The translations under genes were made by a program, and so were the position numbers. This document shows positions 10,957 to 23,631 of a DNA stretch of 64,000 nt, in pieces (within the stretch, counting starts at the first letter, position 1; each line of letters starts with the position of its first letter). The DNA is taken from contig OZ024750.1 in the NCBI GenBank assembly GCA_964016885.1, forward strand, positions 42,408,001-42,472,000. Reading direction: 5' to 3'. Origin of the DNA: Eledone cirrhosa (Eukaryota). The notes beneath the pieces were generated by a model, which was not told where the DNA came from, ran no database searches, and saw only the letters and a list, made by a program, of their open reading frames with translations.

Positions 10957-13195
10957 CCCTTTAGTATTTACATCACTCTATATTTACTGTTGTATTTTTG
11001 TGGTAAAGGCTTTATCTCATTTAACCCTTTAGTGTTCAAACCGGCCAAAATTCTCTACCTCTTTCTGTTGAAACTGGCCATAACTGGCCCCTCATACTAA
11101 CTTTAACCCTTTAGTGTTCAAACTGGCCAGAATTCTCTACCTCTTTCTGTTGACACTGGCTGTAACTGGCCCCTCATACTAACTTTAACCCTTTAGTGTT
11201 CAAACCGGCCAAAATTCTCTACCTCTTTCTGTTGACACTGGCCATAACTGGCCCCTCATACTAACTTTAACCCTTTAGTGTTCAAACTGGCCAGAATTCT
11301 CTACCTCTTTCTGTTGAAACTGGCCATAACTGGCCCCTCATACTAACTTTAACCCTTTAGTGTTCAAACTGGCCAGAATTCTCTACCTCTTTCTGTTGAC
11401 ACTGGCTGTAACTGGCCCCTCATACTAACTTTAACCCTTTAGTGTTCAAACTGGCCAGAATTCTCTACCTCTTTCTGTTGAAACTGGCCATAACTGGCCC
11501 CTCATACTAACTTTAACCCTTTAGTGTTCAAACCGGTCAGAATTCTCTACCTCTTTCTGTTGACACTGGCCATAACTGGCCCCTCATACTAACTTTAACC
11601 CTTTAGTGTTCAAACCGGTCAGAATTCTCTACCTCTTTCTGTTGAAACTGGCCATAACTGGCCCCTCATACTAACTTTAACCCTTTAGTGTTCAAACTGG
11701 CCAGAATTCTCTACCTCTTTCTGTTGACACTGGCTGTAACTGGCCCCTCATACTAACTTTAACCCTTTAGTGTTCAAACCGGCCAAAATTCTCTACCTCT
11801 TTCTGTTGACACTGGCTGTAACTGGCCCCTCATACTAACTTTAACCCTTTAGTGTTCAAACCGGTCAGAATTCTCTACCTCTTTCTGTTGACACTGGCCA
11901 TAACTGGCCCCTCATACTAACTTTAACCCTTTAGTGTTCAAACCGGTCAGAATTCTCTACCTCTTTCTGTTGACACTGGCCATAACTGGCCCCTCATACT
12001 AACTTTAACCATTTAGTGTTCAAACTGGCCAGAATTCTCTACCTCTTTCTGTTGACACTGGCCATAACTGGCCCCTCATACTAACTTTAACCCTTTAGTG
12101 TTCAAACCGGCCAAAATTCTCTACCTCTTTCTGTTGACACTGGCTGTAACTGGCCCCTCATACTAACTTTAACCCTTTAGTGTTCAAACCGGCCAGAATT
12201 CTCTACCTCTTTCTGTTGACACTGGCTGTAACTGGCCCCTCATACTAACTTTAACCCTTTAGTGTTCAAACCGGTCAGAATTCTCTACCTCTTTCTGTTG
12301 ACACTGGCCATAACTGGCCCCTCATACTAACTTTAACCCTTTAGTGTTCAAACTGGCCAGAATTCTCTACCTCTTTCTGTTGACACTGGCTGTAACTGGC
12401 CCCTCATACTAACTTTAACCCTTTAGTGTTCAAACCGGCCAAAATTCTCTACCTCTTTCTGTTGACACTGGCTGTAACTGGCCCCTCATACTAACTTTAA
12501 CCCTTTAGTGTTCAAACCGGCCAGAATTCTCTACCTCTTTCTGTTGACACTGGCTGTAACTGGCCCCTCATACTAACTTTAACCCTTTAGTGTTCAAACT
12601 GGCCAGAATTCTCTACCTCTTTCTGTTGACACTGGCCATAACTGGCCCCTCATACTAACTTTAACCCTTTAGTGTTCAAACCGGCCAAAATTCTCTACCT
12701 CTTTCTGTTGACACTGGCCATAACTGGCCCCTCATACTAACTTTAACCCTTTAGTGTTCAAACCGGCCAGAATTCTCTACCTCTTTCTGTTGACACTGGC
12801 TGTAACTGGCCCCTCATACTAACTTTAACCCTTTAGTGTTCAAACCGGCCAGAATTCTCTACCTCTTTCTGTTGAAACTGGCTGTAACTGGTCACTCAAA
12901 GTGATGTTAAGGTATTGTTCTCAAAATAAATACTTTCAAAATCTCATAGATTCGATATTATGTGAGATAATTATGAGAGGTAAAACCTTTACCATGAAAA
13001 TATAATAGTATATATAGAGTAATGTGATTGCTAAAGGGTTAATTATCTCACATGATATTGAATATATGAGATTTTGATGTTATTTATTTTAAGAATAATA
13101 CCTTAACATCAGTATGAATGGGTAGTTACGGCTGGTTTGAACAGAAAGAGGTGAGAGAATTCTGGCCACATATGGTCGGTTTAAATGTTAAAGAG
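10957..13195. mobile_element. Nested TTAA MITEs: reverse copy (10957-11020 plus 13043-13195) interrupted by a forward copy (11025-13038)
   Basis: TTAA duplicated at 11021-11024 and 13039-13042; joining the outer halves restores a contiguous reverse-orientation element. Confidence 0.78.
11021..12895 (+). repeat. 82-bp tandem array (23 units) derived from the MITE left terminus
   Basis: TTAACCCTTTAG recurs at 11021, 11103, 11185 ... 12825; the unit aligns to 3018-3113. Confidence 0.95.
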
Positions 13196-13207
13196 TTAAT
13201 CATCATA

Positions 13208-13432
13208 GGGTGGTGGGTTGGCAGAAGCAGTAGAGTGTCGGACACCGTGCTTCGCAGTGTATGGTTATGGCCCTTTATGTTCTGAGTTCAATTCCAGCCG
13301 AGGTTAGCTTTGCTTTTACATCCTTACTTGGTTGATAAAATAAAGTACCAGTAACGCACTGGGGTTGATTTAATCGAATTTCACCCCCCCCCCTCAAATT
13401 GCTGGCCTTGTGCCTAAAGTAGAAACAATTAT
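13208..13432 (+). mobile_element. tRNA-derived SINE, family B (ATT tail)
   Basis: TTGGCAGAAGCAGTAG A-box-like and GAGTTCAATTCC B box; conserved body ending TGTGCCTAAAGTAGAAACAATTAT; many copies in the window. Confidence 0.8.
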
Positions 13433-13731
13433 AGTGTATGTGGCTGAGTATTCCTAAACCCCTGTACCTATAATGTAATTCTGAGGGCGATTCAGCTGAA
13501 GGCAATATGGGACACAGCCAGACTTTTGTATTGCAGATACAATCTATCTGATGGGCTTCCACACAATTTCTCTCTACCCAATTCCACTCACAAGGCTTAG
13601 GTCTACCTGGGACTATGGTAAAAGACGGCCAAGTTTGCCACGCAGTGGAATCGAACCCAGAGACTAATGATCGTGAAAGAATACTTTTAACCAATTTGCC
13701 ATACCAGCTTCATCTGTGGGTAGGTGTATAG

Positions 13732-14040
13732 CAGAGGTTCTCAAAGTGGGTGCTGGTTGGAGGGGAGGGGGGTCACTGAGAAAGTACAGGGGGCGCTGAT
13801 GTCTAAGGGTAGGGGTAGAGATAATATAATAGTATATCAAGTATCAAATGATACACATATATAAATATAGTAAAATATAAAATATATAATATTTATTTAT
13901 ATATAGTATATATTATATTATTTATTCTATATTATTTACAATTTGTGTGTAGGCAGGTCTCACTGGAAATAGGGGTGTGGGTGTTGAGGGTATTAGATGG
14001 CCGTGAGGGGGCGATGGCCCAAAAAGTTTGAGAACCTCTG
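13732..14040. mobile_element. hAT (Charlie-like) MITE
   Basis: 14-bp TIRs CAGAGGTTCTCAAA / TTTGAGAACCTCTG; 8-bp flanks GTGTATAG / ATGTGTAG (6/8 match). Confidence 0.8.
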
Positions 14041-14904
14041 ATGTGTAGCTATGTGTGAGATAGTAACTAAATAATCCATTTATTCGGTCTACTGCTTCAC
14101 TTTCCAGGATGTTAGCTTTTTTTTCTCTCTTTTACTCCAACTGTATATTTTGTTGGTTTTGTTTTATGTCCACTTTACCATGTTTGCATTGGTTGGATGA
14201 GTTTAACAGCATCTCTCCACATGTCTCTTTGTGAAGTTCAACATCTTAAGATCAGTTTTCACCACCTCTATCAAGGTCTTCCCCTTCTGCAGCTTCCTTC
14301 CACTTGGAACTTCTGCCACTTAATCATGATCATCAGCAGTTTTTTAAGTCAAAGTTTTCATGCTTGCTTGGGTTGGGTGGGTCTTCTTGTGGCAGTCTTT
14401 TTTTAGTCGGATGCCCTTCCTGACACCAACCCTTTTAGTCACTTCTTACGACAGAAGGATTCTTTGTACCTATCCTAAACCAGATGCACATGGCCTAGAT
14501 ATACACAGGGATGTGTTGTACCTATTGTAAACCAGATACACAGGGATACAGTGTACCTATTGTAAACCAGATACACACAGGGATACAGTGTACCTATTGT
14601 AAACCAGATATACAGGGATATAGTGTACCTATTGTAAACCAGATATACAGGGATATAGTGTTGTACCTATTGTAAACCAGATATACACAGGGATACAGTG
14701 TACCTATTGTAAACCAGATATACACAGGGATACAGTATACCTATAGTAAACCAGATACACACAGGGATACAGTGTACCTATTGTAAACCAGATATACAGG
14801 GATACAGTGTACCTATTGTAAACCAGATACACATCGATATAGTGTACCTATTGTAAACCAGATACACACAGGGATACAGTGTATCTATTGTAAACCAGAT
14901 ATAC

Positions 14905-17858
14905 TACTGCTCTAACAGACGACAAGGACTTCCTAATCATTGCAGGAGATTTTAACGGACACGTAGGTAAACACTGCGACGGCTTCAATAGAGTACATGG
15001 AGGCCATGGAGTTGGCACAAGGAATGAGGAAGGATTCAGACTTCTAGAATTCTGCGACGCCAATGACATGTCGATATGTAACACAAACTTTAAAAAACCC
15101 GACAACCACCTGATCACCTATAGATCAGGGGAGCACTCTAGTCAGTTAGATTTTATCCTCATCAGAGGACGTGACAGATGGACGGTCGTAAACACAAAAG
15201 CCTTCCCTAGTGAGGAATGTACATCCCAACATAGCTTAGTTGTCAGCGACCTCACGGTCAGAACTAGACGAGCCCTGAAACAGAGGCCAACCTGGAGAAG
15301 AAAGATCTGGAAGCTGAAAGTCCCCTCAACCAGTAACAGATTTAAAGATATTTTACTCAACGCCTACGACAGTAAAGAAGAACAGATAGAGACATTTAAC
15401 GTAGAAGAGAACTGGGAGTTCCTAAAAAATAACTTACTAGAGGCGACGGATGAGGTTTGTGGCTGGAGTAAGACCTCAAGCAGGAGGAGAGTGACTTGGT
15501 GGTGGAACAATAAGGTAGATGAAGCAGTCAAGGCCAAGAGACAGGCATGGAAAGAATGGAAGAACGGGGGGAGCAGGGTACATTACATAGAGACCAAGAG
15601 GGAAGCTAGGCGACAAGTATACTTAGCTAGGAGGGAAGCAGAGGATAGAAAATTCAAGCATGTTTTACAACGTGAGGACCAGAAACAGGAGGTATTAAAG
15701 ATTGCGAGGCAGTGTGTCAGAGATAGTTGTGATGTCATTGGAGAGAAGTGTATCCGGAATGATAAAGGTGAGCTTGCCCTCACAAGTGCTGAGAAGAAAG
15801 ATGCATGGAAGAGTCATTATGATAGATTACTAAATGAGGAGAATGCATGGGAAGAAGAGACCCTACCCCACGTAGACCCTATAGAGGGACCAGCAGTACA
15901 AGTCAGCGGCAGCGTAGTAAGTAAGGCAATCAGAGATATGAAGATAGGGAAGGCAACCGGTCCATCGGGTATAGCTGCCGAGATGCTGAAGGCATCTGGG
16001 TCTGTAGGTCACACTATAACCACACGTATCGTTAACCAGGTAATACTAGAGGGGGCCATACCAAAAGATTGGTGCAGTAGCATCATTGTCAACTGCTACA
16101 AAGGTAAAGGCGATGCACTAGATAGAGGAAACTATAGAGGTATAAAGTTGATGGACCAGGTCATGAAAGTAACAGAAAGAGTTATAGCACAGCTGATTAG
16201 GGACCGGGTGAATATAGACGAGATGCAATTTGGGTTTGTTCCAGGGAAAGGCACCACTGATGCGCTCTTCCTTGTGAGGCAATTACAGGAAAAGTACCTA
16301 GCTAAAAGTAAGCCACTCTACTTGGCATTTGTCGACCTTGAGAAAGCCTTTGACAGAGTTCCACGTGCAGTAATCTGGTGGGCTCTTAGAAAACTAGGAG
16401 TAGATGAATGGCTTGTGAAAGCGGTACAAGCCATGTATAGGGGAGCAGTCAGCAAAGTTAGGATTGGCAATGAGTATAGCGAGGAATTTAGCGTACAGGT
16501 TGGGGTCCACCAGGGCTCTGTTCTTAGCCCTCTCCTGTTCATCATAGTCCTGCAGGCAATAACGGAGGAGTTTAAGACCGGATGCCCATGGGAACTCCTG
16601 TATGCTGATGACCTCGCACTCATAGCTGAATCTATGGTAGAACTAGAGAATAAATTCCAAACCTGGAAGCAGGGACTAGAGAGAAAGGGCCTCAAAGTCA
16701 ACATGACAAAGACTAAGGTCCTTATAAGTAGACGAGAAAACAGAACCCAGATCCCCTCAGGGAAATGGCCTTGCTCAGTATGTAGGAAAGGTGTAGGTAG
16801 GAACTCCATTCTTTGCCCCAAATGCAAACAATGGGTACACAAGAGATGTAGCGGGATCTCAGGAAGCTTAATTAAGAATGTAGGATTCACATGCAGCAGC
16901 TGTGCTGAAACAGCAAGCAAACAGCCACAGGAAACAAGTACCACCAATCTCTGGGAGGGCCCTGTAGAAACAGTAGACAGCTTCTGCTACCTAGGTGACC
17001 GAATTAGCAACGGAGGTGGGTGCTCAGAAAGTACAATAACTAGGGTAAGAACGGGATGGAAGAAGTTTAGGGAACTACTACCACTGCTAGCTGCAAAAGG
17101 CTTCTCCCTCAGAATGAAAGGCAGACTGTATGATGCGTGTATCCGAACAGCGATGTTGCATGGTAGTGAGACCTGGGCGCTGAAGGTGGAAGACTTACGT
17201 AGATTAGAGAGAAACGAAGCCTGCATGCTCCGATGGATGTGTAACAGTAATATACGTGAACGACAAAGCATAAATGAATTGAGAGAGAGACTGAGCATAA
17301 GAGGAATCAAATGCTGCGTGCAGGAGAGGCGGTTACGCTGGTATGGACATGTGATGCGTATGAAGGATGACAGCTGCATAAAAAGGTGCAGAGCACTAGA
17401 AGTTGATGGAAACCGCGGAGTGGGGAGACCCAAGATGACTTGGGATGAGGTGATAAAAGCCGACCTTACCCAACTACACCTCTCAAAGTCAATGACACAC
17501 GACCGTGACTTCTGGCGTCACGCAGTAATACAGGGTACCCGACCTCCCATGGGTACATGCTGAAGCATATAAACAATATGCCCCCCCCCCCCCCCCACCG
17601 CAAGGTGGTCGTGGAGGTGCCACGGCAAAAAAGCACCCAGCCCACACTGTAAAGTGGACGTGTAGGCGCCACGAAAAAGCACCCAGCACTCACTGTAAAT
17701 GAGGTTGGTGTTAGGAAGGGCATCCAGCTGTAGAAATCAAGCCAGATCAGTTCCTGTATGAGCAAGGCATGGTCAGCCGACCAGACACTGCCCACAACAG
17801 GACAACCCGTCTAACCCATGCTAGCGTGGAAGAACGGACGTAAAACGGTGATGATGAT
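14905..17858 (+). mobile_element. RTE-clade LINE, 5'-truncated, young insertion
   Basis: TSD GATATAC (14898-14904 / 17859-17865), (GAT)n tail, one uninterrupted ORF. Confidence 0.93.
14906..17563 (+). CDS. LINE ORF: C-terminal part of APE endonuclease, reverse transcriptase, PHD-type zinc finger and RTE C-terminus (N-terminally truncated; first ATG at 15068)
   Basis: IIAGDFNGHVG and QLDFIL...SQHSLV (APE); YKGKGD..DRGNYRGI, QFGF, FVDLEKAFDRV, GVHQGSVLSPLLF, LYADD (RT); RLRWYGHV.RM and GRPK.TW (RTE C-terminus). Confidence 0.92.
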   Translation, partial: TALTDDKDFLIIAGDFNGHVGKHCDGFNRVHGGHGVGTRNEEGFRLLEFCDANDMSICNTNFKKPDNHLITYRSGEHSSQLDFILIRGRDRWTVVNTKAFPSEECTSQHSLVVSDLTVRTRRALKQRPTWRRKIWKLKVPSTSNRFKDILLNAYDSKEEQIETFNVEENWEFLKNNLLEATDEVCGWSKTSSRRRVTWWWNNKVDEAVKAKRQAWKEWKNGGSRVHYIETKREARRQVYLARREAEDRKFKHVLQREDQKQEVLKIARQCVRDSCDVIGEKCIRNDKGELALTSAEKKDAWKSHYDRLLNEENAWEEETLPHVDPIEGPAVQVSGSVVSKAIRDMKIGKATGPSGIAAEMLKASGSVGHTITTRIVNQVILEGAIPKDWCSSIIVNCYKGKGDALDRGNYRGIKLMDQVMKVTERVIAQLIRDRVNIDEMQFGFVPGKGTTDALFLVRQLQEKYLAKSKPLYLAFVDLEKAFDRVPRAVIWWALRKLGVDEWLVKAVQAMYRGAVSKVRIGNEYSEEFSVQVGVHQGSVLSPLLFIIVLQAITEEFKTGCPWELLYADDLALIAESMVELENKFQTWKQGLERKGLKVNMTKTKVLISRRENRTQIPSGKWPCSVCRKGVGRNSILCPKCKQWVHKRCSGISGSLIKNVGFTCSSCAETASKQPQETSTTNLWEGPVETVDSFCYLGDRISNGGGCSESTITRVRTGWKKFRELLPLLAAKGFSLRMKGRLYDACIRTAMLHGSETWALKVEDLRRLERNEACMLRWMCNSNIRERQSINELRERLSIRGIKCCVQERRLRWYGHVMRMKDDSCIKRCRALEVDGNRGVGRPKMTWDEVIKADLTQLHLSKSMTHDRDFWRHAVIQGTRPPMGTC

Positions 17859-19257
17859 GATATACACAGGGATACAGTATACCTATAGTAAACCAGATAC
17901 ACACAGGGATACAGTGTACCTATTGTAAACCAGATACACAGGGATACAGTATCTATAGTAAACCAGATACACAGGGATATAGTGTACCTATTGTAAACCA
18001 GATACACACAGGGATACAGTGTACCTATTGTAAACCAGATACACAGGGATATAGTGTACCTATAGTAAACCAGATACACACAGGGATACAGTGTACCTAT
18101 TGTAAACCAGATATACAGGGATACAGTACCTATAGTAAACCAGATACACACAGGGATACAGTGTACCTATTGTAAACCAGATATACAGGGATACAGTGTA
18201 CCTATTGTAAACCAGATACACACAGGGATATAGTGTACCTATTGTAAACCAGATACACAGGGATACAGTGTACCTATTGTAAACCAGATATACAGGGATA
18301 CAGTGTACCTATTGTAAACCAGATACACAGGGATACAGTGTACCTATTGTAAACCAGATACACAGGGATATAGTGTACCTATTGTAAACCAGATACACAC
18401 AGGGATACAGTGTACCTATTGTAAACCAGATACACAGGGATATAGTGTACCTATTGTAAACCAGATACACACAGGGATACAGTGTACCTATTGTAAACCA
18501 GATACACAGGGATACAGTGTACCTATTGTAAACCAGATACACATCGATATAGTGTACCTATTGTAAACCAGATACACACAGGGATACAGTGTACCTATTG
18601 TAAACCAGATATACAGGGATACAGTGTACCTATTGTAAACCAGATACACAGGGATATAGTGTACCTATTGTAAACCAGATATACAGGGATACAGTGTACC
18701 TATTGTAAACCAGATATACAGGGATACAGTGTACCTATTGGAAACCAGGTATACAGGGATACAGTGTACCTATTGTAAACCAGATACACAGGGATATAGT
18801 GTACCTATTGTAAACCAGATACACACAGGGATACAGTGTACCTATTGTAAACCAGATACACACAGGGATACAGTGTACCTATTGTAAACCAGATACACAG
18901 GGATACAGTGTACCTATTGTAAACCAGATATACAGGGATACAGTGTACCTATTGTAAACCAGGTATACAGGGATACAGTGTACCTATTGTAAACCAGATA
19001 CACAGGGATATAGTGTACCTATTGTAAACCAGATATACAGGGATACAGTGTACCTATAGTAAACCAGATATACAGGGATACAGTGTACCTATTGTAAACC
19101 AGATATACAGGGATACAGTGTACCTATTGTAAACCAGATATACAGGGATACAGTGTACCTATTGTAAACCAGGTATACAGGGATACAGTGTACCTATTGT
19201 AAACCAGATATACAGGGATACAGTGTACCTATTGTAAACCAGATACACAGGGATATA

Positions 19258-19962
19258 ACGCATGAAAGACGACAGCTGTATAACAAAGTGCAGGGCAATA
19301 AAGATAGACGGTAGCCACGGAGTAGGCAGACCCAGAAAAACATGGGACGAGCTGATAAATTCCGACCTCACACGCTTACACCTCTCCAAGACAATGTCAC
19401 TGGACCGAGACCTTTGGCGGTACTCAGTAATAGAGAAGACCCGCCTTACCTAAATACAAAGTAAAAACCTACTACAGTCAGTAGGCATCTCTATCAAAAC
19501 ACACCCCCGTCCTCCACCCCACCCCACCCACACCGCCCCTTTCAATGTAAAGTTATGTTGGTCCCACAACATCCAGGCCGAAACAAATGAGATCGTGTAG
19601 GTGTCACGACAAAAAACACACAGTCCACGCTGTAAATGTGGCCGTGTAGGCAACACGGTAAAAACCTCCCAGTCCCACACTGTAAATGTGGTTGGTGTTA
19701 GGAAGGGCATCCAGCTGTAGAAAACCCGCCAGACAGTCCACGCTGTAATGTGGCCGTGTAGGCAACACGGTAAAAACCTCCCAGCCCCACACTGTAAATG
19801 TGGTTGGTGTTAGGAAGGGCATCCAACTGTAGAAAACCCGCCAGACAGTCCTATGCGAGCAAGACAACCACTCTTGCCTCAAGTGGGAAAACCCCCGTCC
19901 AAACCCATGCAAGCGTGGAACACGGACGCTAAACCTGATGATGATGATGATGATGATGATGA
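19258..19962 (+). mobile_element. RTE LINE 3' fragment, copy 1 of 3
   Basis: Encodes RMKDDSCI...GRPRKTWDE, then 3' UTR and (GAT)n tail. Confidence 0.9.
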
Positions 19963-22926
19963 TAGTGTACCTATTGTAAACCAGATACACACAGGGATAC
20001 AGTGTACCTATTGTAAACCAGATACAGACAGGGATACAGTGTACCTATTGTAAACCAGATACACACAGGGATACAGTGTACCTATTGTAAACCAGATATA
20101 CAGGGATATAGTGTACCTATTGTAAACCAGATATACAGGGATATAGTGTTGTACCTATTGTAAACCAGATATACACAGGGATACAGTGTACCTATTGTAA
20201 ACCAGATATATACAGGGATACAGTATACCTATAGTAAACCAGATACACACAGGGATACAGTGTACCTATTGTAAACCAGATATACAGGGATACAGTGTAC
20301 CTATTGTAAACCAGATACACATCGATATAGTGTACCTATTGTAAACCAGATACACACAGGGATACAGTGTATCTATTGTAAACCAGATATACACAGGGAT
20401 ACAGTATACCTATAGTAAACCAGATACACACAGGGATACAGTGTACCTATTGTAAACCAGATACACAGGGTTACAGTATCTATAGTAAACCAGATACACA
20501 GGGATATAGTGTACCTATTGTAAACCAGATACACACAGGGATACAGTGTACCTATTGTAAACCAGATACACAGGGATATAGTGTACCTATAGTAAACCAG
20601 ATACACACAGGGATACAGTGTACCTATTGTAAACCAGATATACAGGGATACAGTACCTATAGTAAACCAGATACACACAGGGATACAGTGTACCTATTGT
20701 AAACCAGATATACAGGGATACAGTGTACCTATTGTAAACCAGATACACACAGGGATATAGTGTACCTATTGTAAACCAGATACACAGGGATACAGTGTAC
20801 CTATTGTAAACCAGATATACAGGGATACAGTGTACCTATTGTAAACCAGATACACAGGGATACAGTGTACCTATTGTAAACCAGATACACAGGGATATAG
20901 TGTACCTATTGTAAACCAGATACACACAGGGATACAGTGTACCTATTGTAAACCAGATACACAGGGATATAGTGTACCTATTGTAAACCAGATACACACA
21001 GGGATACAGTGTACCTATTGTAAACCAGATACACAGGGATACAGTGTACCTATTGTAAACCAGATACACATCGATATAGTGTACCTATTGTAAACCAGAT
21101 ACACACAGGGATACAGTGTACCTATTGTAAACCAGATATACAGGGATACAGTGTACCTATTGTAAACCAGATACACAGGGATATAGTGTACCTATTGTAA
21201 ACCAGATATACAGGGATACAGTGTACCTATTGTAAACCAGATATACAGGGATACAGTGTACCTATTGGAAACCAGGTATACAGGGATACAGTGTACCTAT
21301 TGTAAACCAGATACACAGGGATATAGTGTACCTATTGTAAACCAGATACACACAGGGATACAGTGTACCTATTGTAAACCAGATACACACAGGGATACAG
21401 TGTACCTATTGTAAACCAGATACACAGGGATACAGTGTACCTATTGTAAACCAGATATACAGGGATACAGTGTACCTATTGTAAACCAGGTATACAGGGA
21501 TACAGTGTACCTATTGTAAACCAGATACACAGGGATATAGTGTACCTATTGTAAACCAGATACACACAGGGATACAGTGTACCTATTGTAAACCAGATAC
21601 AGACAGGGATACAGTGTACCTATTGTAAACCAGATATACAGGGATACAGTGTACCTATTGTAAACCAGATATACAGGGATACAGTGTACCTATTGTAAAC
21701 CAGGTATACAGGGATACAGTGTACCTATTGTAAACCAGATATACAGGGATACAGTGTACCTATTGTAAACCAGGTATACAGGGATACAGTGTACCTATTG
21801 TAAACCAGATATACAGGGATACAGTGTACCTATTGTAAACCAGATATACAGTGTACCTATTGTAAACCAGATATACAGGGATACAGTGTACCTATTGTAA
21901 ACCAGATATACAGGGATACAGTGTACCTATTGTAAACCAGATATACAGGGATACAGTGTACCTATTGTAAACCAGATATACAGGGATACAGTGTACCTAT
22001 TGTAAACCAGGTATACAGGGATACAGTGTACCTATTGTAAACCAGGTATACAGGGATATAGTGTACCTATTGTAAACCAGATACACACAGGGATACAGTG
22101 TACCTATTGTAAACCAGATACACAGGGATACAGTGTACCTATTGTAAACCAGATACACAGGGATATAGTGTACCTATTGTAAACCAGGTATACAGGGATA
22201 CAGTGTACCTATTGTAAACCAGGTATACAGGGATACAGTGTACCTATTGTAAACCAGGTATACAGGGATACAGTGTACCTATTGTAAACCAGATACACAC
22301 AGGGATACAGTGTACCTATTGTAAACCAGATACACACAGGGATACAGTGTACCTATTGTAAACCAGATATACAGGGATACAGTGTACCTATTGTAAACCA
22401 GATACAGACGGATACAGTGTACCTATTGTAAACCAGGTATACAGGGATACAGTGTACCTATTGTAAACCAGATATACAGGGATACAGTGTACCTATTGTA
22501 AACCAGATACACAGGGATATAGTGTACCTATTGTAAACCAGATATACAGGGATACAGTGTACCTATTGTAAACCAGATACACAGGGATATAGTGTACCTA
22601 TTGTAAACCAGATATACAGGGATACAGTGTACCTATTGTAAACCAGATATACAGGGATACAGTGTACCTATTGTAAACCAGATACACAGGGATATAGTGT
22701 ACCTATTGTAAACCAGATACACACAGGGATACAGTGTACCTATTGTAAACCAGATATACACAGGGATACAGTGTACCTATTGTAAACCAGATATACACAG
22801 GGATACAGTGTACCTATTGTAAACCAGATACACAGGGATACAGTGTACCTATTGTAAACCAGATACACACAGGGATACAGACAGGGATACAGTGTACCTA
22901 TTGTAAACCAGATACACAGGGATATA

Positions 22927-23631
22927 ACGCATGAAAGACGACAGCTGTATAACAAAGTGCAGGGCAATAAAGATAGACGGTAGCCACGGAGTAGGCAGAC
23001 CCAGAAAAACATGGGACGAGCTGATAAATTCCGACCTCACACGCTTACACCTCTCCAAGACAATGTCACTGGACCGAGACCTTTGGCGGTACTCAGTAAT
23101 AGAGAAGACCCGCCTTACCTAAATACAAAGTAAAAACCTACTACAGTCAGTAGGCATCTCTATCAAAACACACCCCCGTCCTCCACCCCACCCCACCCAC
23201 ACCGCCCCTTTCAATGTAAAGTTATGTTGGTCCCACAACATCCAGGCCGAAACAAATGAGATCGTGTAGGTGTCACGACAAAAAACACACAGTCCACGCT
23301 GTAAATGTGGCCGTGTAGGCAACACGGTAAAAACCTCCCAGTCCCACACTGTAAATGTGGTTGGTGTTAGGAAGGGCATCCAGCTGTAGAAAACCCGCCA
23401 GACAGTCCACGCTGTAATGTGGCCGTGTAGGCAACACGGTAAAAACCTCCCAGCCCCACACTGTAAATGTGGTTGGTGTTAGGAAGGGCATCCAACTGTA
23501 GAAAACCCGCCAGACAGTCCTATGCGAGCAAGACAACCACTCTTGCCTCAAGTGGGAAAACCCCCGTCCAAACCCATGCAAGCGTGGAACACGGACGCTA
23601 AACCTGATGATGATGATGATGATGATGATGA
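22927..23631 (+). mobile_element. RTE LINE 3' fragment, copy 2 of 3
   Basis: Same sequence and junctions as copy 1 (offset 3669). Confidence 0.9.
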
